From Blepharisma stoltei ATCC 30299 (lineage: Eukaryota; Protista; Ciliophora): DNA of 64,000 bases. Below are positions 23,661 through 36,322 of the stretch, in pieces. Under the pieces are notes generated by a model. It was given only the letters and a program-made list of their open reading frames with translations, was not told the origin of the DNA and did no database searches. The DNA lies in contig CBFDEM010000019.1 in the NCBI GenBank assembly GCA_965603825.1, forward strand, positions 100,444-164,443. The letters run 5' to 3'. Each line of letters begins with the position of its first letter. Within the stretch, counting starts at the first letter, position 1. The position numbers were made by a program, and so were the translations under genes.

Positions 23661-26441
23661 TTAGGAGTTAAGCCTTTCGGAGATCCAGGCATTTATTCTT
23701 TCTTTTAAATCAGTGTCTTCAACAAGCTCTTCGACTGTGAGTGGTGCTCTGCTGAAGGGGTCGATCTGGTCACTTAACAGATGTCTGACAATAGTAGGCC
23801 GATCCACACGATTTCCACTTGGCAAAATAACTGGGTTTCGCATAAGCTCACAAGAAATAGGGTCTAAAAACTCGTCTGGTATTTCTCCTAACTTGTCTTC
23901 TACTGACTGCTGCACTTGACTAGTTGATTTCACCCTCTGTATAAACTGCTCGAAAGTCTGAATCAATTCATAAGCAAGAATTGGCCTCTTATTGCAGATT
24001 CTAAGTGCTTTATTCATAATATCCCCACTATAAGATCTCTCATCTTTAATAATACACTGGTAAAATTTCTCATGCTTCCCTATATGTAGGTAAATTTTTA
24101 TGATATTCCCTAGCATCTCTTCTGGCAGAAAATTATAGTGCTTTGGGTTTTCCACTTTTAATTCCAAGCATTTCGGCCCACACAGCAAAGCTAAAAAGTA
24201 ATTAAGCATCGCTGCAGTTCTGTCTCCGAACTCGTCACTCACAAATAGTGACGAATTCCAGTCCGCGACTTGTTCAAGCAGCCCTATTGACTCATTAGCT
24301 TGCTGCATCACATACTTGCAGTATCCCTCCTCCTTTGAGTTTTCCTCTTCTTCTTGTGGGGTAACGCCTTCTGTGTTTCTTTTATCATTAAACTTCTTAC
24401 AATGAATTAGCTTTTTTAGCCCTTCGTCATAGCACCAAGTTGTATCATTTATAAGCATATTAATAAATCTTGCGAAAAAAGGTTCCCCTTCTTGAGCTTT
24501 GGTCTGGTTTTGATAGTACTCGAATTTCCACAAAAACGCGAATATTTTGGCTGTATAGTGCCTGTACATGAACTTGTCGTAAAATTGGGAGTGAGAACCG
24601 CTGAACTCGATATCAACGTAAAAAATGATCAGGGAAGGCAGCAGGTATTTTTTGGCGACTTCATTAAGGTTAATTAAGGTATGCAGGTCCCCAAAAATGC
24701 CTTCTTCTAAGATCATACTTAAAGCTTGGACTAGTTTGGCTCGCAAATAAGGGTTAGAAAAGTGGGAAGGACTTGACAAAACTACTGTAGCAAATGTCAA
24801 TAAGTTCAGAATTTCTTGAGAGCCCAGAGATCTCAGGCCTTCTGGCTGCAGCTCAAGTATGATTATTAATAATTCTGATATGTTTTCTACAATATGCTCA
24901 GGCAAAATCCCAAGAAGAGGGTTTGGAGGCGGCAGAGGCAGCGTTCCTTGAAATCCTGCCCACTTTACTACTAAATTCATAGTCAAATTGCAGAGCTGCA
25001 GCAGCATTGAGTTCCTTCCTGAGTCTAAAAGAATCACATCATAGCATAGCTTTATTTTGATAAAATACTTGAATTCCTCTTCTGCGGCTGGATTTTTCTT
25101 TCCTTTTAGCTGGTTTAATATTCTGTTTAAGTCCATGTAATTCTGACGGATTTGGTTCCAGCCATAATGGAACATCTGGGCACAAAGAAAGTAAAACTCT
25201 GTAATGGTCCCGAAGCTTTTGTCTTCTCTTGGCAATTTCTCTAGAGATGTGCATATAGGCGTTTCATTGATTTTGCTCATCTTTTTGTCATGCAGCATAT
25301 AAAGTGGGTCAATTTTTTGAGCTTTAGGATCGTTCGGGTCGAAAAAAGGCTTACATAATTGCAAAAGGACGTCTAAAACATTTATACAAAAACCTTCACT
25401 TGAGCTAGTCCTCATAGTAGGTCTTTCTAGTCTGCTTCCTAGTTTTGCTTTCTCAGCATTAAACACTACAGCTCCAGCAAGCCAATTTAAGGTCTTTTTC
25501 ATGTCATTTTTCATCAGCTGCTTAATGATATCGACCAAGACCATTGCATACTGTTTTTCATCTCCATGCAATTTTTGTAAAATTCTCTCATACTCACCTC
25601 GTGACCTCAATTTTTCGAACTGTCTGTTAATTCCATCCCTTACTGGGTCATTAGGGGGCGGCAGACCTGGAATCTTGTTAAAAGACTGCAAAGAAGGAAA
25701 ATACCCAGGGGAGAAATAAGGACTGAGCGGTGACTGTGTTTCCAGCTGCAAGCCATTCCAGTTCCAATCAATCAGCTCTGAATGCAAAAATAAAGCAGAA
25801 ACTGGCTTCATAAAAATCAATTGTTTAAATACTTGAGTATAGCGGACTGGGTCATCCAAAAGGCTTTTGTTCTGGACTTCTCTCCAAAGCTGAACTAAAA
25901 CAGCCTGAAACAAAGCTTGCATGAACTCTAAGTTTTGCTCTTCCCAATAGGCTACCATCTTCAATAGAAACTCTTCTGATATTTTTTCTAGACCCTGCAA
26001 CATCCTCTGAGAGCTTAATTGTATACCTTCTGACTGAAGAGGAGGGAATTGGTCAGGGAACATTTCAGGCTCTGATAGAGATAACGAGGAATAAGAAACC
26101 AGGATTTCAAGTAAGTAATTGAGGATTTTTCTCTGGCTTTGTGTAGTTACACTCCATTCTTTTCCGAGCTCTTCTTTGGTGAGGTAATAAGAGTCTGAAC
26201 AATAGATTAAAATTGGCGTTTGGGGGACAGAGAGCCGCTCCATTAAGATTTCGTCTAAAATTGTCAGGTTTTCAGAGAGAGATGGAAGATTGGATTGAGG
26301 GATTGATCGGGAAACCCCAGGGAGGAAGACGCTGTCAGAAGTGAAGCTTGATCCGGTTTTCCTCATGAGATTGTCAGATAGAGAGACTTTTAGAACCTTC
26401 TCGAGAAGAATCAGTTCGTATGCCAATGTATCTTTCTGCAT
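23661..26441 (-). CDS. UFD2: Ubiquitin conjugation factor E4 (Ufd2/UBE4), U-box
   Basis: NPYLRAKL, QFYDKF..R, FINMLINDTT, LCGPKCLELKV.NP..Y.F.P, DERSY, and a C-terminal U-box IPDEFLDPI...LM.NPVILPSG..DR.TI.RHLLSD..DPF.R.PL. Confidence 0.95.
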   Translation of the reverse strand: MQKDTLAYELILLEKVLKVSLSDNLMRKTGSSFTSDSVFLPGVSRSIPQSNLPSLSENLTILDEILMERLSVPQTPILIYCSDSYYLTKEELGKEWSVTTQSQRKILNYLLEILVSYSSLSLSEPEMFPDQFPPLQSEGIQLSSQRMLQGLEKISEEFLLKMVAYWEEQNLEFMQALFQAVLVQLWREVQNKSLLDDPVRYTQVFKQLIFMKPVSALFLHSELIDWNWNGLQLETQSPLSPYFSPGYFPSLQSFNKIPGLPPPNDPVRDGINRQFEKLRSRGEYERILQKLHGDEKQYAMVLVDIIKQLMKNDMKKTLNWLAGAVVFNAEKAKLGSRLERPTMRTSSSEGFCINVLDVLLQLCKPFFDPNDPKAQKIDPLYMLHDKKMSKINETPICTSLEKLPREDKSFGTITEFYFLCAQMFHYGWNQIRQNYMDLNRILNQLKGKKNPAAEEEFKYFIKIKLCYDVILLDSGRNSMLLQLCNLTMNLVVKWAGFQGTLPLPPPNPLLGILPEHIVENISELLIIILELQPEGLRSLGSQEILNLLTFATVVLSSPSHFSNPYLRAKLVQALSMILEEGIFGDLHTLINLNEVAKKYLLPSLIIFYVDIEFSGSHSQFYDKFMYRHYTAKIFAFLWKFEYYQNQTKAQEGEPFFARFINMLINDTTWCYDEGLKKLIHCKKFNDKRNTEGVTPQEEEENSKEEGYCKYVMQQANESIGLLEQVADWNSSLFVSDEFGDRTAAMLNYFLALLCGPKCLELKVENPKHYNFLPEEMLGNIIKIYLHIGKHEKFYQCIIKDERSYSGDIMNKALRICNKRPILAYELIQTFEQFIQRVKSTSQVQQSVEDKLGEIPDEFLDPISCELMRNPVILPSGNRVDRPTIVRHLLSDQIDPFSRAPLTVEELVEDTDLKERINAWISERLNS

Positions 26442-26513
26442 AATTATTATGGAAATATTACTATTTTATTATTCCTCATTTCCACATATAAAATTGATTA
26501 TCATCAAGATAAA

Positions 26514-27236
26514 TTAATTTTTTGCCTTCTTCACAGGCTTTCCTTCCTGGTTTTGCTGCAAATATCCATTGATCACCCTACATAATCCTTACACTCTCAG
26601 CTTTTCATAAGTCGGCCTGTCCAGCTCGTCCACCTTTATTTGGAGTCTTTCATTGCCCAGCTCTTCCATCGCAGATTTACAGTTGGTTTCTACAATTTTC
26701 ACAATTTCCGCAAGAATTTCATGCGAAACTTTCCTAACATTTTCTGCAAGCTCGACTTTGGACTCAAAACTTGCATTTTCCTGCACAGGCTGTGGCGGCG
26801 CCACAGGGGGTGGCACTTCTTCTTCCCTTGGTCTTTTTACAGGTCTCTCGATCCTGATATCGTTCTTTTCGCAGTATTTTTTCATTAAGTCTTCTAAAAT
26901 TTCAGCTTGCTGATATATAGGCTACATAGACAATACAGATCCAGCTTGGTTATATAGTTTGCAGTTATCCCAAATCAGAAGCACGTCAGCCAGTGCTTCT
27001 TGGAAAGATTTATATTTATCAGTCTTCAAGTTTCGTTTTATAGTAGAAAAATCCATAGGACGCTTGATTATGATAGGGTAATCGTCGAGGCCTAAACCTT
27101 TAAAGTCGACCGGCTTCAAAAAGTCGTAACACTCAGGCCGCTTTTCTAGGTGCCGTATGAGGTCCATGATTTTTTTGGTTTCTTCTCTTGTCAAAGCTGG
27201 CTTCAAAGGCATTTCTCTTTTAAGTTGAGGGTCCAT
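26514..27236 (-). CDS. Bromodomain + ET/NET domain protein (BET/GTE-like)
   Basis: FLKPVD...DYP.IIKRPMDFSTIK...DV.LIWDNC.LYN bromodomain; ET-like K.EL.ENV..V....L.EIV.IV...I.VDELD..T..KL. Introns 26922-26936 and 26578-26592. Confidence 0.9.
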
Positions 27237-27283
27237 ACTGCAAATTAAATTTATAAGTTATTAATCACACCCAGATTTAAAAG

Positions 27284-29689
27284 CTAGGATTTATTTTTTA
27301 ACTGTTCTCTTAGGTTTTTTGCCCACTTTCTTACATATCGCCATTTGATGGTCCTGGTGACCATCTGGGGGTTATTGTCCATATAGGCGATCTTTAACAG
27401 TCCTTTTTCAAACTCGTCTTTAAACTGGCCTCCGTAGAACTCAGCGTTATAGTCAGGCAGGATGCTTGGCACGACTCTCCTTCTGTGGAGCCATTTTATC
27501 CATCTTGTAACTGGGGAGACCTCAGTAGAACCTTCTTTCATGTATTGGTAAGGCTGGTGAAGCCATTTGTAAGGGTAGCCCATTATACCATGTGCAAATG
27601 CTAGGAAAGGGCCCATGAAAAGGACGCGGGGGGACAAAATTAATTTCCATCTGCCGCGAGGGCCGTAGTGAGCAGGCATGTTGTTTAATTTTCCGTCCAT
27701 CATCCTGTACCTTGAAAACCTACGTGGATCTTCTCTTTTGCCCAAGTTAAATGAGTACAAGTCCTCATCCCAATCTCTCTGGGTTTTTATAGTTTCAAAT
27801 CTCTGGTGTTCTTCTCTATTACCTTTTATGCGCAGACCAACCCAACGGAAGCCGTTAAAAACTCTCCACATCCTATAATCAATTTTATCCACAATGCTCA
27901 TTTTTTTCCAAATCTCAGCTGTGTACCTTTTAAAGAAATGGTGATAAACATGGCTGGATACTTGCATATACTCATTGTGCTTTTCGTCATAAAGGAGCCC
28001 AGCTTTAAGCATGGCTCGCATGATGGACATGTTTTTTATTTCTTCGCCTACTGCTTCAGGAGTTCTAATTTCTCCAATTGCTCATATAAAATTTTCCATT
28101 GTATTAAAGATCTAAATATTGCTTACAGTATGGTCAATTGTATTTTTTTCTACAAGATGGGCTACTTCGTCCCTTAGGTAGAGGCTGTTTACCTTATGTA
28201 AGAATTTATTATACTCTTCGTCCCACTCTTTGCCTTTGCATTTCAGGTGCACAAGGAAGTTCGGCTCTTTTTCTTTGGAGTTTATAATTCCTTCTGTAAA
28301 GATCCTAAGATGGTGGATGTTCCCTCCGATTTCTTTTGCTATTATTTCTGAGTGTCTTTCATTGAAAATGTGCTGAAGCCAGTTTTGAATGTCACTATTG
28401 GTTTCGACGCTATGTAAAAGCTACCCTTTTCATTCAATAGACGTAAAAGAAGTCTCGAAAATTGAGAGGTCGTCGTATATCAGGGTGTTAAAGTAGACGT
28501 TATCGTTGGATTCGATGATCACTGGGATGTGGTCTCTCCAGGCTTCTTCATTATAAAGCCGCACTGCAAGGTGCTCAAAAAAGTTTTTGGCTCGATTTTC
28601 GCAGGTTTCAAGGTGTGTTAATGACTGCAGGTTTTCTATATAAGAGTTACCTAAAACGATAAGGGCGTGGGGATATTCAATATTTTCCTCGGTAGAGCTC
28701 ATTTGATGGTATCCTCCAATCAGGTTCATAACGTCAAGCAGAAAGTCATGCATTTTTAGCCCAGTTCTGTATAAAGAAGCTTCATATGCAGGAGGTGCCT
28801 CATCGTGCTCTTCTTGGATTAGCAGGCTTCTGAATATGCTGAATGCGCTTTTTACTTCTCTTGCATGCTGGCTTTCTAGCTCTTTGTACTGAGGTGCTAA
28901 TGCTTTGCAGAGCTCATTTCATGAGTCAAATATCGGAGTTTCCTTGTATTTCTACATGAAAAATACCCTATTCCCCCATTTTCCTAGTATATTTCTGACA
29001 GCTTCTCTTCTTTCTTCGTCAATCCACAGCAGTCCTTCACCTTTGACAGCATGCTGCAGGATTTCAAAAAGCTTCAACTCATGATACAGCTTATCATGGT
29101 TAAAGAAAAACACGTCAAAAACACTTTCTGGGGTCAAAACCTGTTGATTTTTGAACATTTCTACACTTCTCGCTGATAAATAGTCAATAAAAGTATTTTC
29201 ATAATTGTCAAGAAAAGTATCAAAACTCAAAGAATGGCAGGATTTCAGGTCCATATATACTAAAAAGGGGTTGATTTTGTTAGGAGTGGCCTTTCGGAAT
29301 TTCTCAAGGTTGTGTTTCAGTAGCCAAGACTTTCCTGCAGACTCAGGGCCTGTTATGATCATCAGATTGTTTATATTTCGATTCGAGCTGTCTTCTGCTC
29401 TGAATGAAAACATGAATTTTGTGATTTCGCGGTTATACCGTGGGTTAGAGTAAAAAGGCCAATAAAATGCGTCTTTTCCGACCGCCTTTTCATGGCCTGA
29501 AAACCTGATCCAGCCAGACCAAAACAGAGCTTCCATTATTCTGTGACCATCGGCCAATTTTGCTCACGACATCCTAACCCGCATTTCTTTAGGACCTAAA
29601 GACTGAAAATAAGGATGCTTATAAAACTCCCTTCTGAATTTTTTTAGCTGCCTGCCTGCACTCTGGAAAACCTCTTTCAAAAGCCTCAT
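27284..29689 (-). CDS. P-loop NTPase (AAA+/STAND-like), probably mitochondrial, about 786 aa
   Basis: Three supplied ORFs join via TGA=W and introns 28952-28966, 28410-28424 and 28112-28126. Walker A LMIITGPESAGKS; basic amphipathic N-terminus MRLLKEVFQSAGRQLKKFRR. Confidence 0.75.
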
Positions 29690-29733
29690 GATTTTTTAAT
29701 AAATGAAAAGCTAATGCTTATATTTTTCCAATA

Positions 29734-31875
29734 ATGGAATTTAAGTCCGAGTGACTATTAGAAGACCCAATCGAGCTTTTAAGCGAAATCTCTACTGGAT
29801 TGCATAGCACTGATGAAATAGAAAGGTTTTCAACAAAGGAAAACCTGACTGAGGTCGAAAAAGCGCTATTGTTTCTTGAAAATGGCCAAATGAATCAGAA
29901 ATTATGGGTCGTTAGAGCGATACATTTGTACATTGATGACGACAGGTTTCTTGATGTGGTTGGACAACTAGTGGTATTTCTTATGTAGATGAGACTCCCA
30001 TACTGGAATGAGTCTGGTCAAGAAGAAGCTGGGAAAGCATTTATCCAGGTCCTTGAAAAGTACCAGCTCCCACAAGACTACGAAGAACACCTGCTGACCT
30101 TGATCTTTGAAATAATTGACACAGAGACGCTTTCTCTACAAGATATCTGAGTTCAGGTGTTTTGCGAGCTGACCAAACAATTGTCGAAAAACCTGATTTC
30201 TGGGAAATGGCTCAGAGAAATCTTCAATCTTGCCAATTTCAGCAAGCCAGACCACATAAGGTCGATCGCTGGAGAAATGCTGGGGTTTGTCGCAGAAAGG
30301 CTTGAGCACCCTCAAAATGAAGACCTCGTCAGGAAAATTTACTCAATGTCACAAGACCCGATTAATCTAGTAAGAAAGCGGATGTGCGGCGCCATTAAGG
30401 CAATTTCAAAAGCAATCCCATCTGATAAGTTTGAGACTGAGCTTATCCCTCATTTATTAGAATTATTCAGAGACGAAGTCCCAGAGGTGCTTGACGAAGC
30501 CTTAAAGATTTTTTGTGAGCTAATCGATATGGTCTCTTCAAATAGCGCACTAATGAAAATCAATGAAATTCTCAACACCGCCCTGCTTAACTGTGAAAGT
30601 GATAAACTAAAAGAAGTTTATTTAAAATACTATGGAAAAATCATCACAAGCCTACGGTTTCATTTTGACGAAACCACAAGATTAGCCTGCATTGACTGAT
30701 TTGTAGGGTTTTCTGAAACAAAAAGTGAGACAGTGAAAATGGAGGCGGCTTTTAATTTCCCAGCAGTTGTTTTGGTAGCTAGTGGGTTTAATGATAAATT
30801 ATTCAGCTTTTTCAAAATGCTTGCAAAAGAAGAAAATTTTGACATAAAAAAAACCATTGCGAAACAGCTGGCAGACAACGTCAGGTTCTGCACAAGCAGG
30901 ATTGGAGAGTTTTTGGAGATCGTGAGAGGGTACTTAAAAGATGCTTCTACTCAGTATATGGTGATCCCTCAATTATTGAATATTGCACTACATACTTGCT
31001 GCTGCCAAGAATTTCTTGAAGTTTTAAAGCGAAAAATGATGGAGACTCAAAATTGGAGGAATTTGGTCATGATTTTGACAGAAATCAAGGATTTTGTGAC
31101 TCATGCTGACTATTTAGACTATAATTCATTTGTGCCTCTTTTGATTAACTATATGCACAGTGCTCCTTATATAGTCAAGCAAAAATCAGCTGAGCTATTA
31201 GCAGCAATCCTTCACTATAACTACCGAGCTCAGAAGAAAACTGAAATTATTGAGCTCATCATCAATGAATTTTCTTTATCATCAAAATTCTGCGACAGGT
31301 CTCTCTTTATCGACTTTTGTGTCTACATAAAAGACCTATGCTCCCGAAACTTCTTCTGCAAACACTTTTTAGACCAGCTGTTCCAATTAGGAAAAGACCA
31401 TATAAACAACGTAAAATGCAATTTTGCTGCGCACTACACAGAGCTAAGATACTGCATCCATAAAGATGATGCTGAATCTGCAGCAAAATTCAGAAACATC
31501 TTAAACTTTTATATAGAAGACTCTGATAAACTTCTGTCAGAACTCGCTGTCAAAGCTGATGACGCATTGAACAGCAAAAGCTGAGAAGAAGCTTATGGGG
31601 ATGAAGGAGAAACGATCGACCATTTAAGGCAGAAATTTGAAACTGAGCAGGTAGAAAAGGAACAAAAAGAAATCGGCAACTTCAAAAAAGCTATGATGGA
31701 AGAAATCACTGTGAGGAATCGCCAGAATTCACAAGGGTCAAGGAATTTCAGACACTCCACAAGAAGTGGGGCAAAAACACCTGTAAAAAGATACAGTTTA
31801 TCAGACGCTGACAGGTATGAAAGCATGGCGAAAAACGTGCAGAGGAGCTTTATTGCGACAAAAAAACATAAATAA
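29734..31875 (+). CDS. PPP4R4: Protein phosphatase 4 regulatory subunit 4-like HEAT-repeat protein
   Basis: N-terminal EIERF...ENLTEVEKAL.FL..GQ..Q resembles PPP4R4; PP2A-A-type HEAT motifs (QDP..LVRK, AAFNFPAVV, NWR, D.I.NVK). Intron 29974-29988; several TGA=W. Confidence 0.75.
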
Positions 31876-31890
31876 TGTAATTTTTCTTAA

Positions 31891-33921
31891 TTAATGCTGG
31901 AAGACGTTAACGACCATTCCAGATCTAGGCTTGGGCTCGAACCAGGTGGACTTGGGAGGCATGATCTGTCCAGCGTCTGCAATTGCCATAACCTCTTCAA
32001 TCATAACAGGGTACAATGCAATTGCAGCCACACAGTCTTTTTTGGTTCCTGTTTCTTCATGCACTTCTTGAGCTTCTATAGTACTGCCATCAGCCAGTGT
32101 CCATGTCTTCTTGATGATTTCCATCTTTTTGTCACCTTCACAGCCTTTGTGGACTTGACAAGTCAGTTTTAGAGCGTTTTCAGGCCATTCATCATTGATT
32201 ATGATGCTTTCGATCCTTTCGTGGCTTACTTCGACAGCTTCTGTCTGGGCGTTTTCAATGAAATGCTCAGACAAGGTGACATTTGCGATGGTTTTGGTTT
32301 TTGTGTGAGGGGCACAGCCGACACCAATAGTTTTGAAGCGGGGGTTTAGGATAGCTTTTCTATGAGGGCGGCTGCTGAGACCATCATCAGCAAGAAGCAT
32401 GCAGACAACTTCAAAGCCGTCAACAGAGCCATAATCAATAGCTTCAAAAATCGACTCAGACCAATGCCCAAACCTCGCAATCCTGTCAGCAAAACTCATT
32501 TGGTTGCCTTCATTGCGGCCAATTAGTCCTTGTGAGCCACTCTCATTGCAAAAGAACTGGCTTGCTTTGCTCAGGCCATCTGATCACTCCAAAGCATGCA
32601 TATGCTCAGTGCTTTTCAGTTCCAAAATGGCTTCTTTTGCAGCCTCAGTTCCTTCATTTGTAAACAGTGGCTCAGCACCATATCTGCATTTCACTTTATT
32701 TGCTTTATACAAATTCAAAGTGTTTTCCATCCTCTCTGCAAACTTCTGAGGGCTGGTGCGGGCATTATTGATTTCATTGAAAATTTGCTGTCTCATTTCC
32801 TGGTATGTAGGAAGCTTGGTATAGTCGCATCTTCTTTCAAGCTCGTCAAGTCCTCGAATTCCGCCTACAAAATCAATTCTTTCGCTTGTAGTAAGGTCTT
32901 CTATTCCCAAGATTGGGGCAAGGCACAGCTGGGTAAGCAGAAATGAGTCTAAATTGCTGACAGGGTCAGTCCCTATGATTTTTTCTGGCTTGATTCTAAG
33001 CCCTATCCATTTGCCGTTTAGATATAAAGAATAATGGTGTTTGGCAGGAGGTGCTCTTTCAGAGATATCATAAACATCGAAATTTTCCCTTAAAGCAGTT
33101 AAAAATTGCTCAGGTGTTAACCCATTTAAATCCCTGAGGACTCGGTTATAGTCAAAGATCTTCAATTGATTGTGAGGATAATGCAGAGCCATAAAATAAT
33201 TAAAATCTTCATTTCCTGTGATCTCTTGTCCTGCAGCCTTCGCTCTTTCCTGTCTCAGCTTTCCTACATTAAAAGCAGAAGCACTCCTGTGATGTCCATC
33301 CGCTATATATGTGAACGGGATATTTTCAAAGCAGTTCACAAGGACAGCAGACTCTTCACTTGTGCATTTCCAAAGTGTATGTCTAATCCCATCATCTGTA
33401 GTCACATCTGCAAATGCATTTCTCGCTATCACGCTCGACACAACGCTATCAATTTCTTCACTGGCAGGGTAAGTTAAAAAGACTGGACCTACATTTGCCC
33501 CTTGGATATCAGTTAATTTGGTCCTGTCTTCTTCTTTTTTCTTTCTGGTTAATTCATGACGCTTTATGCGGCCATTTTCATAGTCATCGACAGAGGCTCC
33601 AGCTAAAATCCCATACTGGATTCTTCCGTTCATGGTTTGGGCGTAGATGTAGATAAGTTCTTCTGGCTCTTGGATTAGCCAATGGTTTGCAATGAAGGCT
33701 TGCAAATTTTTGTGGCCGGTTTGGTAGACGATGTCAGAGTAGACATCAACATCTTCTGGAAGGTCAATTTCTGGTTTATTGCAATGGAGAAATGAGGCTT
33801 CATTTCCGTGTGCCATGATGCGGGCTTCGTCAGAGTCCAAGACATCGTATGGAGGAGCTATTAGTCTGTGAGCGATTGAAGGATCTACGACGTAGCCTTT
33901 AAATGGTCTAATCTTCACCAT
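31891..33921 (-). CDS. DUF1015 (ParB-like fold) protein with an in-frame inserted CAP/SCP domain, 676 aa
   Basis: DUF1015 motifs: PPYDV, IKRHELTR.KKEEDR, YIADGHHRSASA, YNRV, RIDFVGGIRGL.ELE.R and the terminal IADAG.IMPPKSTWFEPK.RSG. Region 32038-32823 encodes CAP-like EINNAR..P, L.(W)S.GLS.A, RI.RFG.W, DDG..SR.HRK.ILNP.F..IGVG. Confidence 0.88.
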
Positions 33922-34219
33922 AATATTGTGTAGGATTAACTTAATGAGAAATGTGGCTTATTTATGAAGATAAATGATTTGGATATGAGAGGCTTGCAGG
34001 ATGTTTTAAGCTTTATATGCTTTAATTTTAAAATTATTTTGATATTATATGATTAAAAATTGTTTATTATCTAGCTCAGGATTAGAAAATCAATGCATGG
34101 TTTCCATGAGGTAATTTTGCATAGGTAGTTTATAAAATGAGCACAACTTAAACAGAAAATCAGACTCTTAGGAGCATATTATTAAAAATTACTAATATAT
34201 AGATAAGATAAGTACATTT

Positions 34220-36322
34220 TTACCTTAGAATCTTCTTAGATTGCAGACTCTTGCTCAATGGAGTGATGACCTTCTCTTTATTTATTGGTATAGTTGGAAT
34301 TACTGTCCTTTTTGCAAGCTTTTCAGTAGTTTTTGGGATCTTCAGTCTTACTGGTGAAGGTGTGTTAAGATTATCATAGTTTTCCTTTAGCACCTGCGAT
34401 CCTTGTGTTCTATCCGTCTTTAAATCACTTTTATCTGTATCCTGGTACACAAAATCATTTTCCTCATTCAAGATTTCTCCTTCTTCCTCAAGCTGTTTTC
34501 TAGATCTTCTTGGGGATTCACTATACAGCGAGAACGTATTTGACCTCTTATGCACAAATGTATTTGGTGAAAATATCCTATCTCTAGGAGAAATTAAAGC
34601 GCCAAGCAGCTTATGCGAATCTTCATCTTCACCTCTCCTTTCCTGAGTAATAAACAGTCTTAAAAACTGGTCAATCATCATATACCCTCCTCCTACTCTG
34701 CAAACCAAGGACCCATTTTTAATAGAAACGCTTACTTTCTTATTCCCTCCGAACCCATAAACCCCTTCAGCAACTTTATTGAACTGGTTTTCTACGCCAT
34801 AGTTTTTTAAATACTCAATAAATCTTTCATCAGCATTTTCAGACAGAAGTTTAGACTTAGACAAGGAAGAATCTCTAGGTGTGGTATCCCGTGACTTACT
34901 TTCTTTGAGCTTGATCTGCTGGAATTGTTCATAGTTTTTCTTTTTAGTCGTGGCTAATCTATCAGTCAAAATTTTTATTTGTTCTGCTTGCTGGCCAATA
35001 TCGTCATAGCTTTGCCGCAATTTGTTGGAAAAAGTTGTGAGCTGGATTTTGAGCTCTTTATTTTCTTTTTCTTTTTCTTCAAGCTTAAAAGAAGTCTCTT
35101 TTAGCTGGAGGGATTCAACTTTGCTGGCTTGCAGCTTGACAGAATACTCATTTTCTCTTTCTTCTAGGGTATTTTCAGTTTCTGCAATTTTCTTGTGGGA
35201 GTCTCTTAAGTCACTGTTTAGCCTGGAAATTTCATTTTCTAGGTACTTGGTGGAGGATGAGAGTTTTTCAGTGAAATTTTTGAGCTGCTCTTCATTTTGA
35301 GAAGAAGCTTGTTCAAGCTTCTCTTGGAGAAGTTTACGTTGGAACTCAGACTCCTCAAATAGTTCTAGGACTTGATGGAGCCGTTCTTGTAGCTTGTTTG
35401 CAGAGTCCTTGCAGCTCGAAATTTCAAGTTTTTCTTTGAGCTCTTCTTTTTCATGTTCAGCGTTTTTCAGCCTCATGCTCAGTTCAGAAATTTTTTGTGT
35501 CATTTCTCCAATCTCTTTTTCTTTATTTTCTAGCTCATTGAGCATGCTTTTTTCTTTTTTCCCAATAGTGTCAACATATACTTCGAACTCTTGTGCCAGC
35601 TTATTTACCTGCTTTTCTAAATGCTCTCTTTGGTATTTTTCTTCTTTATATAAAGTTTCAAAGGACCTTGCCTGCTTTTCGATATCATTTTTCACTTCTA
35701 AAAGTTGGTTATATTGTGATTTTAAGCTTTCTACCTGGAAGGTTATGTTATCATTAGTCAGCTCTACACTGTCTTTGATTTTATCTGCGAATTCTTCTTG
35801 AAGCTTGGTTTCTAACTCTAATATCTTTGCACGCAATGATTTATTATTTTCCATTAAAAATTTGTTGGTAGGCTCTTGGGACTGCCTGCAGGAAAAGCGG
35901 GAAAAATCGTGATCAAGGAAAGAGCTTTGGTCACATTCAGTGACGTCTGGGACTGGAGTTAAAAAGGTAAACTGATTCATTGAAATTAACAGCCTTGGGG
36001 TTTGAGTTTGGGTAGGAATCATTGTGATATAGTCCTCGCTTATACTGTCATATAAGGGGAGTCAGAGAGTTCCTTCTTGAGGAAGAACTGAAATGCCCAT
36101 TGAAACGCTGCCTTCTGCTTTTTCATGGCCCACACCTTTGATTATAAAGCGGATTATTCCAAAGGATGGGATTTCAATTGTACTGTTTTCACAGTTTTCA
36201 ACATGCAAGGGAGTCACGACTTCGTGCAATCTGTCATCAATTGTAATGTAGCAGCCTAAGTTTTCAATTAGTTCAGAAAATCCTTCTGTTTTGATTAGAC
36301 TAATCTCAAGAGATTTTTTCAT
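34220..36322 (-). CDS. Coiled-coil protein with GAR (GAS2) microtubule-binding domain
   Basis: TGA=W at 36062-36064 joins the N-terminal beta-rich segment. Long heptad region; KVAEGVYGFGG.KK...KNGSLVCRVGGGYM.I..FL is the GAR signature. Confidence 0.85.

Noticed and set aside
32038-32823. DUF1015 insert as intein, retained IES or large intron
   Set aside because: No intein terminal motifs (C/S...HN), no GT-AG ends at the junctions, and it is an intact CAP-coding frame rather than AT-rich TA-bounded DNA.
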